From a virus (lineage: Duplodnaviria > Heunggongvirae > Uroviricota > Caudoviricetes): a DNA stretch of 64,000 nucleotides. Of the stretch, positions 47,307 to 59,111 are shown piece after piece. Positions within the stretch are counted from its first letter, which is position 1. Every line of letters starts with the position of its first letter. A model generated the notes under the pieces. The model was not told the origin of the DNA, did no database searches, and saw only the letters and a list, made by a program, of their open reading frames with translations. Location: the IMG/VR virus record IMGVR_UViG_3300029288_000055, positions 32,001 through 96,000 of that record. One strand, 5' to 3'. The translations under genes and the position numbers were made by a program.

Positions 47307-47549
47307 TTATTGATAAGTATATCCTGCTCTACTATTCCAAACAAATGAATATGATTGATCACCATTTGGATATTCAGTTCTCCATACAGTACCATCTTTC
47401 CATACTTTCTTAATTCTCCAACATGCAGCACTTGGATTATTACTATTTATTGAAGTACCAATGTAACTTGTATTACCCGTCAATTCATCGGTTAATATTA
47501 TTGTCTCATATGTAAATACTTGATTACTAAAATTACTTAAAACTGTCAT
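47307..47549 (-). CDS. Small fibre-associated hypothetical protein
   Basis: 80 aa, YIG..WRIKK..YPNG..FVW..R..YTY; own GTATTTATA motif. Confidence 0.65.
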   Translation of the reverse strand: MTVLSNFSNQVFTYETIILTDELTGNTSYIGTSINSNNPSAACWRIKKVWKDGTVWRTEYPNGDQSYSFVWNSRAGYTYQ

Positions 47550-47617
47550 ATTTGAATATTTTATTATAAATACTTATTAAAACAACATTATTTGTTAATT
47601 CAATTTTAAAATTATTT

Positions 47618-50600
47618 TTATGGTGCAATTTTTTTATTACCACCCCACGCACCACCTGTTCTATATTGAACAACTAAACTTGCTCCGCTTGTTACAAATC
47701 TCCAGCTACCATCAGTATCTTTATTACCTAAATATAAATAATTACATGTACCATTTACAATTTCTGTTGTTCCACTTATTACTAATCTTTTTGTATCAAA
47801 TTCACCATAAATTAATGAACATCCACTATTGTTTGCAATATATAATTTATTTGAGCCAGTTTCATTATAACCCGCTTGATATCCAATACCAACATTATAA
47901 CAACCAGTTACATTGTATTTTAATGCTGTATAACCAATACCAACATTATACTGACCCATCCTATTACTTAATAATGCACAAGTACCAATTCCAATATTTT
48001 GAATTCCGCAAATATTATTATTACCTCTAAGTACACATTCACCAATACCAATATTATTAACGCCATTTGTATTGGTTAAAAGTGCCTGATAACCTATAGC
48101 AATATTTTTAGTACCACAAGTATTCGCACAAAGTACTTGATATCCAATACCAACATTATCACAACCACTTACATTATTATATAATGCTTTACAACCTAAC
48201 GCAATATTATTATTGCCTATTTTATTCCAATAAAGAGCGTCAGCACCATTTCCTATATTACCAGTACCACCTGTATTATTATAAAGTACTGCATAACCAA
48301 ATGCAATATTATTATTAGATGCTGAATTACTATAAAGAGCACATGCACCATTTGCAACATTATCACTACCAGTTGTATTAAATGCAAGTGCTTGATAACC
48401 ATTTGCAACATTAAAACAACCAGTTAAATTATTTTGAAGTGCAGAACCCCCATAAGCAACATTACCACAACCAGTTGTATTACAATAAAGTGTATATGCA
48501 CCAAAAGCAATATTATCACAACCAGTTGTATTATTATAAAGTGTATTAACACCAAAAGCAATATTTGTATTTCCACTTGTATTGGTTTGAAGTGCATTAT
48601 ATCCCAAAGCAATATTATAATTACCAACTAAATTACAGGACATTGATTCAAAACCAATCGCAATATTATAATTACCTGTTATATTATTTAATAATGCACG
48701 ATAACCAGTCGCTATATTATAATTACCATTTTTATTTGAAAAAAGTGCACATATTCCATTGGCAATATTGCCTGTGCCACCTGTATTACTATTAAGTGAT
48801 TGAAAACCAATACCAACATTATCACTTCCACTTGAATTAGACTGGAGTACCTGAGCACCAAAAGCTAAATTTTTGTTACCACTGTTATTTAATAATAGCG
48901 CATAATCACCAATTGCAATATTATAACAGCCACTATTATTGTAATAAAGTGTATGATTACCAATTGCTAAATTTGAATAGCCAATTCCTGCTGATTCACC
49001 ATAAAGTGCCTCAAACCCAATACCTATATTATTATCTGTTAAGCTATTATATAATGCACTATAACCAATAGCAATATTACCATTACCAATTAAATTATTT
49101 TGAAGTGCATGAGTACCATGAGCAATATTATTATCACCTCCAACATTACTATAAAGTGCCTGAGTACCAATAGCAATATTACTTGTATCTCCTGAACTGT
49201 TTGCAAGTGCTTGTGTACCAATAGCAACATTATCCAAACCCGTTGTCAAACTTGCACCCGCACATACACCATATATTGTGTTGCAACATATTGTTCCGCC
49301 ACTTGCAACAGTTCCACAACCTGCTACCGTTGAACCATTTGTTAGGTTAGACCAACCAATACCACCACTTGCTATCTGCCATGTTGCATAACCATCAGCA
49401 TCAGAAGTTAACACTTTACCTAAACCTTGATTACCTTCAACAAATCTTAATTTATTTGAACATGTACTACCAGTTGCAATAACATGCAATGCCGAATCTA
49501 ATTTCAAATATTTATTATCAAATTCGCCATAAATTAATGAACAAGTATAATTATTTGCAATATATAATTTATTTGAACCAGTTTCATAAAATCCAGCATA
49601 TGAACCAACTGCAACATTATTACAACCAATCATATTAAATCCAGCATATGAACCAACTGCAGTATTATTACAACCTATTATGTTGGTGTAAAGTGCTGAA
49701 TTACCAAGTGCAACATTATCATTACCACATGTATTGTTTAAAAGTGTACCATAACCATGTGCAAGATTATTACAGCCTTCTTTGTTATTTTGAAGCGCAC
49801 AAGTACCTATAGCAACATTATTAGTACCGCCACTATTATATAAAAGTGTTTGACAACCAATACCGATATTATTATTACCTAAAACAGCACATTTCAATGC
49901 TTCAACACCAATTGCAATATTATTACATCCATCTAAATTATTTTGAAGCGCACATGCACCATTAGCAATATTATTAGTACCGCCAGTATTAAAATAAAGT
50001 GCTAAATATCCGATTGCAATATTATAACTACCACATAAATTTTGACGCAAAGCACTAAATCCAACTGCAAAATTGTCATGACCACTTATATTACACATAA
50101 GCGAACTAAAACCAATTGCAGTATTATTATATCCAATTGTATTATTTTGAAGTACACTATTTCCTATTGCAATATTTGTACATCCAGTTGTATTGTAATA
50201 AAGTGAACCAATTCCAATCGCAATATTACCACTACCAATTGTATTATTAAACATTGCCTGATTACCAATAGCGGTATTATCACTACCAATAGTATTTTTT
50301 ATAAGTGCTTGACTACCAATAGCAACATTAGTACATCCACTTGTATTACAATAAAGTGCTCGATAACCAACAGCAACATTATTCGTACCAGTTGTTGTAC
50401 TCATACCTGCACAAACGCCATAAAACGTATTACAAAATAATGTGCCACCACTTACAGGTGTACCACAACCAGCAACAGTTGAACCATTTGTTAAATTTGA
50501 CCAACCTATGCCACCACCAGTACCAGTACTTAACATACCTGCTGCATCTATATAAACAACACATGTTTCTGTTGTTTTTGGTGGTAAATTACACATATAA

Positions 50601-52963
50601 ACATTACCACATAGATTAGTTGCAGTTGAACCCGAAAGTGTAAGTATATATCCGTTCAATTCAACAGCACTAAAACTATTATCAATTCTAATAATATTAA
50701 CTTGTGGCGTTAATTTAATTGAAGTTATTGAATTTGCACTTATTGCAATAACATTATCAGTTGGACTAACACTAATGAACGCATTCGCAGGATGACCAAT
50801 TGAAGTGCAACCAGCATTATCAATTCTTAAACCATAAGAATTTGTACTACTATAAACACAAAATGCGTTTGTGGTTGTATCAATTACAGTATCACCAGTT
50901 AATGTACCACCAAGACCAATACAATTTCCACTGTTTTTATTCAAACCATTAGTTGCATATGTAAGAGTACCACCAGTTGCAGCAGCAATCATTGAAGCAC
51001 TACAACCACTTGCCCAACCAGCATCAACAAGTGAATATTGAGTAAATTGTGTACGATAATCACCTGCATATACTAAACCTTTAGCAACATTATCAGTAAC
51101 TGTCATTGCACCACCAAAACCAGAAATATCAACACATGTATTCGTTACACAAATATAAGAACCTGCTGTTGTAAGCATTGAAACACAATCACTGGCATTA
51201 CTAACACAAATACGACCACCACCAGTGGTTATTATTGAAGTATCATTCGTTTTGGTATCTACGAATAAACCACTACATAATTTAAGATATTCTGCTGTAC
51301 ATGTGCAATCGCCAAGAATAACACCACCACCAGTTCCAAAAACATTTAAACCAATCCCTGAAGATGTTATACTGAAGTCATATGTGCTGGTAGTATTAAT
51401 TATTGTCGTACCAGTTAAATCACCACCAAGACCAATACAATTTCCACTGTTTTTATTTAAACCATTTGTTGCTGTAACTGCACTTGCAGAAATCATTGCA
51501 GCAGTACAACCACTTACATAATTAGCACTAACAAGAGATAAACAAGTAAATTGTCCACAATAATCGCCAGCATATACTAATCCTTTGCTTGCTGCATCTG
51601 TAAATGTATTACATGCTGTTGTTATGTCTAAACAACCAGCAGAAGCAACTTGTAAAGAAATTAATGCACCTGAACTTAAGCAAACATTTTCTGCATTACC
51701 ACATACTTTAACATCTGTAGTATCAACATAAACATGACCTGCAGTAACACCAATATCACCAAGAATTGCTCTGGTACTATTAACATTGAAACCATAAAAT
51801 GAGGCATTACAGATACTTATTTCATTTGCACCCGCATCAATTACAGTAAGTGCTTCGGTTAATACACCGCCAAGACAAACAGCACCAGAAGTTAGTGTTA
51901 AACCATTAGTGAACGTATATCCACTTGTTCCACCTGATATCCATATTGCATTATCAACATATCCCTTATCAACAAGTGAACGGTCAGTATATGAACCACT
52001 ATAATCTGCTGCATAATTTGCTGGATTATAAGTAATCAAAACTTCTGTTTGAGAAATATCAAGACATGTCAGACTTGTACCAGCATCAATATGAACACAA
52101 TTTTCTCCATGAAGGCGTACATCACCACAAGTACCACTACCACCAATAGATATCACACCCAAAACAGGACCTACAGAATTATATCCACAAAGAGTAATTA
52201 ATGTAGAGCCTTGTTCAATTCCAGTGTAATCACTACCATTAACTATTGTTGAACATATGCAACCACCAGATGCGGTACTACATAATGTATATAAATTCGC
52301 ACCTAAATCAATAGAAGTATTACCAGTTAAACTGCCACCTAAACCAATACAATTACCACTATTAAGATTTAAGCCATTAGTTGCTCCATATGTGGTACTA
52401 CCTGATGTCCATATTGCATTATCAACATACCCTTTATCTACAAGTGTACGAACACCAAATGTTGGACATGTACTATAATCAGCACAATAATCAAAAATTC
52501 CTGCACCACCCATTATAGTACCAACTCCACCAGAACATATTGAAAGTGAACCAGCACCAACCTGAGAAGTACTAATTACTGTTTTATCAGTACCTGTTCT
52601 TAAATTAAAACCACTTGCACCTGATACTGTAAGACAATCAATATCAAAACTTAAATTATAAACTCCATCAATTGTTGTGTTACCAGTTAAAGTTCCACCT
52701 AATGTTATGTTTTTACCTTCGACATGTAAACCATTAGTTGCACCAGTAATACCGCCACCACTTGGAGTTTGCCATGTTACAGTACCACCAGAATTTGATG
52801 TTAATACTTTTCCCGTACCAGCATTTGCTAATATTGATAATGTTGCACCACTTGCTATTTCAAATTTGCCAAAAATATTTGTGCAACCTGATAAATTCAG
52901 AACTTCACCTGAACATTGTTCAATTTTACTACTATTTAAATTAAGTTTTGTGGTAAATATCAT
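47618..52963 (-). CDS. Large Cys-rich tail fibre/adhesin-like protein with two 17-aa-repeat beta-solenoid cassettes
   Basis: 1781 aa; repeated ATNGL..LGG.LTG.T modules then two arrays each bounded by WSNLTNGSTVAGCG and ETGSNKLYIAN. Confidence 0.8.
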   Translation of the reverse strand: MIFTTKLNLNSSKIEQCSGEVLNLSGCTNIFGKFEIASGATLSILANAGTGKVLTSNSGGTVTWQTPSGGGITGATNGLHVEGKNITLGGTLTGNTTIDGVYNLSFDIDCLTVSGASGFNLRTGTDKTVISTSQVGAGSLSICSGGVGTIMGGAGIFDYCADYSTCPTFGVRTLVDKGYVDNAIWTSGSTTYGATNGLNLNSGNCIGLGGSLTGNTSIDLGANLYTLCSTASGGCICSTIVNGSDYTGIEQGSTLITLCGYNSVGPVLGVISIGGSGTCGDVRLHGENCVHIDAGTSLTCLDISQTEVLITYNPANYAADYSGSYTDRSLVDKGYVDNAIWISGGTSGYTFTNGLTLTSGAVCLGGVLTEALTVIDAGANEISICNASFYGFNVNSTRAILGDIGVTAGHVYVDTTDVKVCGNAENVCLSSGALISLQVASAGCLDITTACNTFTDAASKGLVYAGDYCGQFTCLSLVSANYVSGCTAAMISASAVTATNGLNKNSGNCIGLGGDLTGTTIINTTSTYDFSITSSGIGLNVFGTGGGVILGDCTCTAEYLKLCSGLFVDTKTNDTSIITTGGGRICVSNASDCVSMLTTAGSYICVTNTCVDISGFGGAMTVTDNVAKGLVYAGDYRTQFTQYSLVDAGWASGCSASMIAAATGGTLTYATNGLNKNSGNCIGLGGTLTGDTVIDTTTNAFCVYSSTNSYGLRIDNAGCTSIGHPANAFISVSPTDNVIAISANSITSIKLTPQVNIIRIDNSFSAVELNGYILTLSGSTATNLCGNVYMCNLPPKTTETCVVYIDAAGMLSTGTGGGIGWSNLTNGSTVAGCGTPVSGGTLFCNTFYGVCAGMSTTTGTNNVAVGYRALYCNTSGCTNVAIGSQALIKNTIGSDNTAIGNQAMFNNTIGSGNIAIGIGSLYYNTTGCTNIAIGNSVLQNNTIGYNNTAIGFSSLMCNISGHDNFAVGFSALRQNLCGSYNIAIGYLALYFNTGGTNNIANGACALQNNLDGCNNIAIGVEALKCAVLGNNNIGIGCQTLLYNSGGTNNVAIGTCALQNNKEGCNNLAHGYGTLLNNTCGNDNVALGNSALYTNIIGCNNTAVGSYAGFNMIGCNNVAVGSYAGFYETGSNKLYIANNYTCSLIYGEFDNKYLKLDSALHVIATGSTCSNKLRFVEGNQGLGKVLTSDADGYATWQIASGGIGWSNLTNGSTVAGCGTVASGGTICCNTIYGVCAGASLTTGLDNVAIGTQALANSSGDTSNIAIGTQALYSNVGGDNNIAHGTHALQNNLIGNGNIAIGYSALYNSLTDNNIGIGFEALYGESAGIGYSNLAIGNHTLYYNNSGCYNIAIGDYALLLNNSGNKNLAFGAQVLQSNSSGSDNVGIGFQSLNSNTGGTGNIANGICALFSNKNGNYNIATGYRALLNNITGNYNIAIGFESMSCNLVGNYNIALGYNALQTNTSGNTNIAFGVNTLYNNTTGCDNIAFGAYTLYCNTTGCGNVAYGGSALQNNLTGCFNVANGYQALAFNTTGSDNVANGACALYSNSASNNNIAFGYAVLYNNTGGTGNIGNGADALYWNKIGNNNIALGCKALYNNVSGCDNVGIGYQVLCANTCGTKNIAIGYQALLTNTNGVNNIGIGECVLRGNNNICGIQNIGIGTCALLSNRMGQYNVGIGYTALKYNVTGCYNVGIGYQAGYNETGSNKLYIANNSGCSLIYGEFDTKRLVISGTTEIVNGTCNYLYLGNKDTDGSWRFVTSGASLVVQYRTGGAWGGNKKIAP

Positions 52964-53033
52964 TTGTTTCTGTTTTTAATTTTTGTTATTAAATATAAAT
53001 ACTTAGATTAATGTTAATACATTTCGTTTTTTG

Positions 53034-56000
53034 TTAATATAAATCATGTACCACACCACCAATATCTTTATAAACTAATTTACTTGAAGTTGTTGAAAAA
53101 TATATACTATTGTTTGGATATGATGCATCTGCACCACTTGAAGGTATTATTGCTTTACTTGCTTCCAAACTACCACAAATTTTAACACTACAAGCACTGA
53201 AATCACCACAAATTAATGTACATACACCACAGTTACCAATATGTAATTTATCAGAACCAGTTTCACTCAAACCAACACATCTTCCGATAAATACATTTCT
53301 TGCACCCGTATAATTACCCATACCTGCTTTTATACCAATACCAATATTCTCACTACCACACTCATAATATAATGCTTGACATCCAAGTGCAATATTATAA
53401 TTACCAACAGCATTTCTATAAAGTGATTGAAATCCTATTGCAATATTTTGACTTGTAGTGGTCATACACATCGCTTGATCACCAATTGCAATATTAAAGC
53501 CACCAGATATATTTGAATAAAGTGCCTGACAACCAATAGCAATGTTATTTGTACCAGTATTAATTGATGACGATGCCAGACAACCAATACCAATATTAAA
53601 AGAACCAACACCATTAGAACCAGCACTTTTGCCAATATAAATCGAATCTATTGCACCTGTCGATGTTCTAAGTATTGTATTGCCTGAAATCTGATAACCA
53701 CAAGTAGTACTTAATTTAGCAGCACCACAAATATTAAGAGTAAACGCACCAATAATTGAAGTGGTTTGAGTCAAAACACCACCAAGACAAACAGTTGTAC
53801 CATTTGTTGTTAAACCATTACTTGCTGCAGATATTCCACCACCACCACTTACAGTACCACTACTCAATTTACCAGCAGTATCAATATAAACAACACAAGT
53901 TTCTGTTGTTTTTGTTCCTATTCCTGTTAAACAAACAATACCTGTTGTGCATAAAATACCAGTAAATATTGGATTAGCTTTAGGAGCAAATTTTGTGTTA
54001 ACATAACCACAATCAACTAATGAACGTGCAATATAATTTGCACAATAATCATCAATATATTGAATTCCTGCAAATGTTGTACAACCATTAACTGTTAATG
54101 AATTAGGCATTATACACATTTCAACACTACATGTACCATTAGCAGCAGCAAGACAAACGGATGGTGTCACACTACTCCAAGTAGTCATTGCAAATTTACT
54201 TGCTATTGGGTCTGCAGAAAATGCTTGCATTTGAGTTCCACCAGCAGTAAATGTATTTAAACAGGTAGTTCCTGCCATATTATATATTACAATATTAGCA
54301 GCAGTTGTACATATAAAATTAGAACTATTACCCAATACTCCAAATGAAGGAGTTAAATCAACATAATTACAAGTAGACGGATTTTTTGATGTTAATACTA
54401 TTTCCCCCACATTTGCAATACAACCACAAAAAGCAGTTGCTGGGTTATATGTGCATGTAGTAAATATACCAGAACATATATTTGTTTTATTAGTACAAGT
54501 ACCATTAATTGAACATAAATTCAAACCATTAGTAGCACCAGTTGCTGTTAATGTTATAAGTGATGTTATTGAACCACCAAGACAAACATTCATACTATTA
54601 TATAAACACACACCATTAGTTGCACCAGTAACTGCCGTACTAAGACTGCCTGTACCACCACTTGAAATGCCTGTACTTAATCTGCCAATTGAATCAACAT
54701 AAACCACACAACTTTCTGATGTTTTTGCAGGTAATCCACATAATTGAATTCTACCGTTTGCACCACCACTAATACCTAAACCAGCTTTTAATGTAACATT
54801 GCCACCAATTTTTGGAGTAGCACCAATACCATCAGCAGCATTACCAGCACAAATATTAAGTGTACCACCACTACCAGCATATCCTGTTTGAGATGCACCC
54901 TGACCACCAGTTATATTTATTGAGCCACCATTAGTATAACCAGCAAGACCAAAGCCACTATAACCACAAACATTAGCATTATATGGTAATTGAAGCGTTT
55001 TTGATGTACTTACAAATCCAAAACCATTAACACCACTATTACTTACATTAACTATTGGAGCGAACAAATGAATTGGGCAACTACCCTTTGAACTAATTAA
55101 CAGATCAATATTTGTAGCTGCACCAGCCACTCCAATTCTTTGACTTGTTATTGCTGCAGATGCGGTTGGTTTACCAATCAAAACACATCCATATCCAGAA
55201 ACAGTACATGTTGTTGCAAGATAAATTGATTTAGTGTCAGGTGTTTCAATAGTTAAATCATCTGTATTACTTAAAAGATTAGTTGTAAATGTAAGTGTTG
55301 AATTCTGAATATTATTGCCAAAACTATTAAATAATGGAATACGATTAACTGTTCCACCCACAATTGTTGTCATACCTGTACCAACAATACCTTTTGCTAA
55401 ACAACCAGTTGCATTAATATAAATTGCACATGTTTCAGTTGTTTTTACAGGTAAATTTGTAATTTGAATTTTACCAGAATTACTGGTTGATAATAATATA
55501 TTACCACCAACAGTGCCAGTACCACCAGTTAATATAACATTACCACCTGCAGCACCAATACCATCACCACCACTAAGGCGCAATGTTTTTCCTGCACAAC
55601 CAGCCGATACTGCCGTACCTGCATGAAGTAATAAATCCTGATATGTTGCAGCGCATAGTGTAAGACCATCAGTTGTACAACCAATACAAACACATGCATT
55701 TAAATCTCCAATATTTACTCCGCTTGATGCAATTAATTCAATTTTTCTTGTAAAAGATGGTTTAATTGTTATTTTACATCCATTCGCAACATTATCACCA
55801 AGAAGTAGATTATATCTAAGTATTCGAACATTATCTGTATTAGTTATACCACTATCAAAAATAGAACTATTAATAATATTATCTCCAATAGAATTAAACC
55901 TTGGAATATAATTTGTTGCACCACTTATTATACTACCAGCACCAATACTACTTATTGTAAGAGTAGTTTCACCAGTAATTATTGATAAGCTACTACCAGT

Positions 56001-56129
56001 TACTAAAATTGTTTTAAATTGCAAAGTATTACCAGTAATATCTTTACATTTAAAAACACCTGAACCATTACCAAGATTAATCCCGCTTGTAGAATTGGCA
56101 ATTAAATCTATATCTGATCTATTTAACAT
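53034..56129 (-). CDS. Cys-rich tail fibre-like protein
   Basis: 1031 aa; three KT(T/S)E(T/S)C..Y(I/V)..G.L modules, Gly-rich GGN(V/I) repeats, short 17-aa repeat array. Confidence 0.75.
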   Translation of the reverse strand: MLNRSDIDLIANSTSGINLGNGSGVFKCKDITGNTLQFKTILVTGSSLSIITGETTLTISSIGAGSIISGATNYIPRFNSIGDNIINSSIFDSGITNTDNVRILRYNLLLGDNVANGCKITIKPSFTRKIELIASSGVNIGDLNACVCIGCTTDGLTLCAATYQDLLLHAGTAVSAGCAGKTLRLSGGDGIGAAGGNVILTGGTGTVGGNILLSTSNSGKIQITNLPVKTTETCAIYINATGCLAKGIVGTGMTTIVGGTVNRIPLFNSFGNNIQNSTLTFTTNLLSNTDDLTIETPDTKSIYLATTCTVSGYGCVLIGKPTASAAITSQRIGVAGAATNIDLLISSKGSCPIHLFAPIVNVSNSGVNGFGFVSTSKTLQLPYNANVCGYSGFGLAGYTNGGSINITGGQGASQTGYAGSGGTLNICAGNAADGIGATPKIGGNVTLKAGLGISGGANGRIQLCGLPAKTSESCVVYVDSIGRLSTGISSGGTGSLSTAVTGATNGVCLYNSMNVCLGGSITSLITLTATGATNGLNLCSINGTCTNKTNICSGIFTTCTYNPATAFCGCIANVGEIVLTSKNPSTCNYVDLTPSFGVLGNSSNFICTTAANIVIYNMAGTTCLNTFTAGGTQMQAFSADPIASKFAMTTWSSVTPSVCLAAANGTCSVEMCIMPNSLTVNGCTTFAGIQYIDDYCANYIARSLVDCGYVNTKFAPKANPIFTGILCTTGIVCLTGIGTKTTETCVVYIDTAGKLSSGTVSGGGGISAASNGLTTNGTTVCLGGVLTQTTSIIGAFTLNICGAAKLSTTCGYQISGNTILRTSTGAIDSIYIGKSAGSNGVGSFNIGIGCLASSSINTGTNNIAIGCQALYSNISGGFNIAIGDQAMCMTTTSQNIAIGFQSLYRNAVGNYNIALGCQALYYECGSENIGIGIKAGMGNYTGARNVFIGRCVGLSETGSDKLHIGNCGVCTLICGDFSACSVKICGSLEASKAIIPSSGADASYPNNSIYFSTTSSKLVYKDIGGVVHDLY

Positions 56130-56153
56130 TTTTCCGTTTTTTTATTAATTTAT

Positions 56154-57302
56154 TTAATTTACAATACAATCTTCATTACAACTACCAGCAAATACAGTTA
56201 ATCCAACGCTACTACTAAATGGATATATACTAAAATCACTACATGAACCAGAATTACCATCTGAAAAGTTTGTATAGCAAAGACAGTCACCATGACAAAT
56301 ATAAACCTGCCCACCACCGTTACGACAGAATTGTACACTATCAGTACACATACAAAAAGATGGGTCTATTGAAGCAGTTACATCAGTAAAATATGGATTT
56401 CCATATGGTTTGCAATATATTGTAACTTTACTACAACCAAAATCAGCTACTGTTTGCTGATAAAATGCTGATATGCATATCCATTGACCAAGACCTAACG
56501 ATGGACTGATATCAATATAACCATTTGTTTGATTGCCATAATTATTTACCTGATTTAAATTAATGATAACACTTGAAGGTAATGGTAATACTGCAGTCGT
56601 GCAAGATTTAACAATACCATAACCAGTTTCTTCACAGTTTTTTGCATATGCTCTAAAATATGTTAATGTACTATCCTGAAGACCAGTTATTGTTTTTGTA
56701 TATGGTGTGCCAACTGCAATTGTACCAACAGTACAAACCTTACAACTTGATATTGTAGGATTTGAAGTAGATTGTGAGTATACAACACCATATTCACAAA
56801 TTGGGGCATTGCCATTATTAGTTACCACATTATTATCAACATTAAATGATGTTCCACCTAAACAAGAAACAGTACCAGTTGTAAGTGTTGCTCCAGTTAT
56901 TGTCGAATATTGTACTGCAATCCAACCTCTATTATTATATGAATTACTAAAACCACCAGTATCAAAAAAATATCCATTTTCTCTACCAATTTCTACTGTG
57001 GCATTATTTGTTGGTGTGTTACATACTTTAACACAACCAGCCATTTCCCAATTACTATTTGGAAATGTGAGTGGAAATATTTCTCCAGTATCTGATCTTA
57101 TTGATGCAGTAACGCCTTTTACTTTACATAAAAGAACATCTGTTGAAATTACTTTTGTTCTTATATTTGTATGCATATTCCAACCACCAATATCAATCAT
57201 TTTAGTTCTTATTTGCTCAATATTTGTAGTTGTTGTAGCAGTTGTTCCAGTAATACTACCACCAGCAAGATTGCCAACAATTTTAATATATGATCTATTC
57301 AT
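56154..57302 (-). CDS. Virion protein with FN3-like domain
   Basis: NNGNAPICEYGVVYS..NPTI..ITGL..TYFRAYAKN..GYG. Confidence 0.65.
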   Translation of the reverse strand: MNRSYIKIVGNLAGGSITGTTATTTTNIEQIRTKMIDIGGWNMHTNIRTKVISTDVLLCKVKGVTASIRSDTGEIFPLTFPNSNWEMAGCVKVCNTPTNNATVEIGRENGYFFDTGGFSNSYNNRGWIAVQYSTITGATLTTGTVSCLGGTSFNVDNNVVTNNGNAPICEYGVVYSQSTSNPTISSCKVCTVGTIAVGTPYTKTITGLQDSTLTYFRAYAKNCEETGYGIVKSCTTAVLPLPSSVIINLNQVNNYGNQTNGYIDISPSLGLGQWICISAFYQQTVADFGCSKVTIYCKPYGNPYFTDVTASIDPSFCMCTDSVQFCRNGGGQVYICHGDCLCYTNFSDGNSGSCSDFSIYPFSSSVGLTVFAGSCNEDCIVN

Positions 57303-57411
57303 TTCATTGCTTTTAATATAAATACTAAATTTAATACAAATACCAAAATCTATTCAATATTCTTACTTATAAATACTTTTAAAACAAGCCATGACGATCA
57401 TTATCTAAAAT

Positions 57412-57439
57412 AAAAAACCCACCGAAATTCGATGGGTTT
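57412..57439 (-). terminator. Intrinsic terminator
   Basis: Minus strand AAACCCATCGA-at-TTCGGTGGGTTT followed by a T-run. Confidence 0.75.
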
Positions 57440-57462
57440 AAAAACAAATAAAAATATGGCTA

Positions 57463-58371
57463 CTATTTTTGTTTATTCACGGCTTCAATAATTTTATTAA
57501 TATCAAATACATTTACTGTATCATAAGGAAATGCTTGGATTTGCCCAGAAATATCCTCCTGTAAATATGTAAATTTATTCAAATTATTTATAATATTAGC
57601 ACTTGGTAATACGTTTATATGTTCAGTATAACCAAATACTTCAGGTTTATTTCCAATCCAAACAACAGTTGATTGTAAATCAAGTGCAGCAGCAACGTGC
57701 TGTGCAAAACTGTCAATAAAAAGTCTTTTCGTACTAAGAGGAAAAACAGCATAAAGTTCTCTATATGGTAAAGTCAATGGTTCTACTCCCTGTAATATTG
57801 GTTGCTCTGGCGATTTAATATGTAAAATACGATAAGATTTACTAAAATAATTTACAAGTTTTTGAGCAATTTCAATAGGCATATCTCTATACCATGATTT
57901 TTTACTATATTGCCCTGTAGGAGCACCACCATGAGTTTGAAGTAACATAATTGGTCTATTATCTGGTTTAATCTTATCCTTCGCTATTTCAAGTTCTCTG
58001 GGGTTTAAATACAATTCGGGTTTATGCCCATCATATTTAACATTAAACATTTTACACCAAGTTTCAGTTAAATGCTCTTTTCTAAGAATATGATTAGTTT
58101 CATTATATGGGTCTTGTTTCATTATAATAGTATCTTCGTTCAAAAAATCATCCTTAAAATATTGCATTTGATTAAAGGCATAAAAACGAAAAATATTGGG
58201 ATTATAAAATGCGGGTCCGTCCCACGGAGTAATCCATATCAACTTTCTATCAGGATATTGTTTTTTTATTGCACGAATTACTGCAGTTGCTGCACACTGC
58301 TTACCATGTCCGCCTTGACTTTCGAAAATTATATACTTATCGTTGTCCCTAATTTTACTGTCTGTTATCAT
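57463..58371 (-). CDS. Glycosyltransferase, GT9 (heptosyltransferase)-like
   Basis: GGHGKQCAATAVIRAIKKQYPDRKL; LFIDSFAQHVAAAL..VVW. Confidence 0.75.
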   Translation of the reverse strand: MITDSKIRDNDKYIIFESQGGHGKQCAATAVIRAIKKQYPDRKLIWITPWDGPAFYNPNIFRFYAFNQMQYFKDDFLNEDTIIMKQDPYNETNHILRKEHLTETWCKMFNVKYDGHKPELYLNPRELEIAKDKIKPDNRPIMLLQTHGGAPTGQYSKKSWYRDMPIEIAQKLVNYFSKSYRILHIKSPEQPILQGVEPLTLPYRELYAVFPLSTKRLFIDSFAQHVAAALDLQSTVVWIGNKPEVFGYTEHINVLPSANIINNLNKFTYLQEDISGQIQAFPYDTVNVFDINKIIEAVNKQK

Positions 58372-58391
58372 AATTTAAAAATTTTATTTAA

Positions 58392-59111
58392 TTAATTATT
58401 ATTTTTATATTCCCAACAAAAACCACCAGCATGCTTTCGTTCTTTTTTTAAGCAATGATTTATATTTGGTTGGAAAATATTTGTTAATGTTGATGCTTCT
58501 TTTTGACTTTTATATTCTCTAATAAAATTACCGTTTGACAAACATTGTATTACTGGTATATTATCTTTCTTAGTCTCTTTAAATATAAATAAATTTGCTT
58601 TTTCTTCAGAAGAAAATAAATATGTGCCTCTATATGATTTTTTTCCTCTTTGGTCAATGGCTTTCGATATTATATCTGCGCCTATTTTATATTTATTTGC
58701 AACTTCATTAACTGAATCATATCTTTCTAAAAATTCACCGTCTTCAGAATATTGATAAACTGGTTTTAAATAAGTACGTCCGCCATCGCCACCATCAGTT
58801 AAATTTGTTAACTTAATTCCTTCATTTCTGTATTTTTGAATATAATATCTTTCCAATCTTTCATGCTCACACATATTTAATTTATTATTATATTCATGCT
58901 CACATTTATCAATTATTTTCATTTCTGGTTTTAGTCCTAATGCAAGTATTTTATTAATAACATTATCTTTATATGTGTTTTTTTCTCTTTTCCTACCATT
59001 TGTATTTAAATGCTCATGAAACCTTTTATTTATATCATTAGCAAACCCAACATAAAAAATCTGATTATTTAAAGGATTTGTTAATGTATATATGTAGACT
59101 TTTTTCGTCAC
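58392..59111 (-). mobile_element. Free-standing GIY-YIG endonuclease with two NUMOD1-like domains
   Basis: VYIYTL..FYVG..RFHEH..ERYYI..LTNLTDGGDG; PVYQYSEDGEFLERYDS and PVIQC..GNFIREYKS..AGGFCW; GTG start. Confidence 0.8.
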
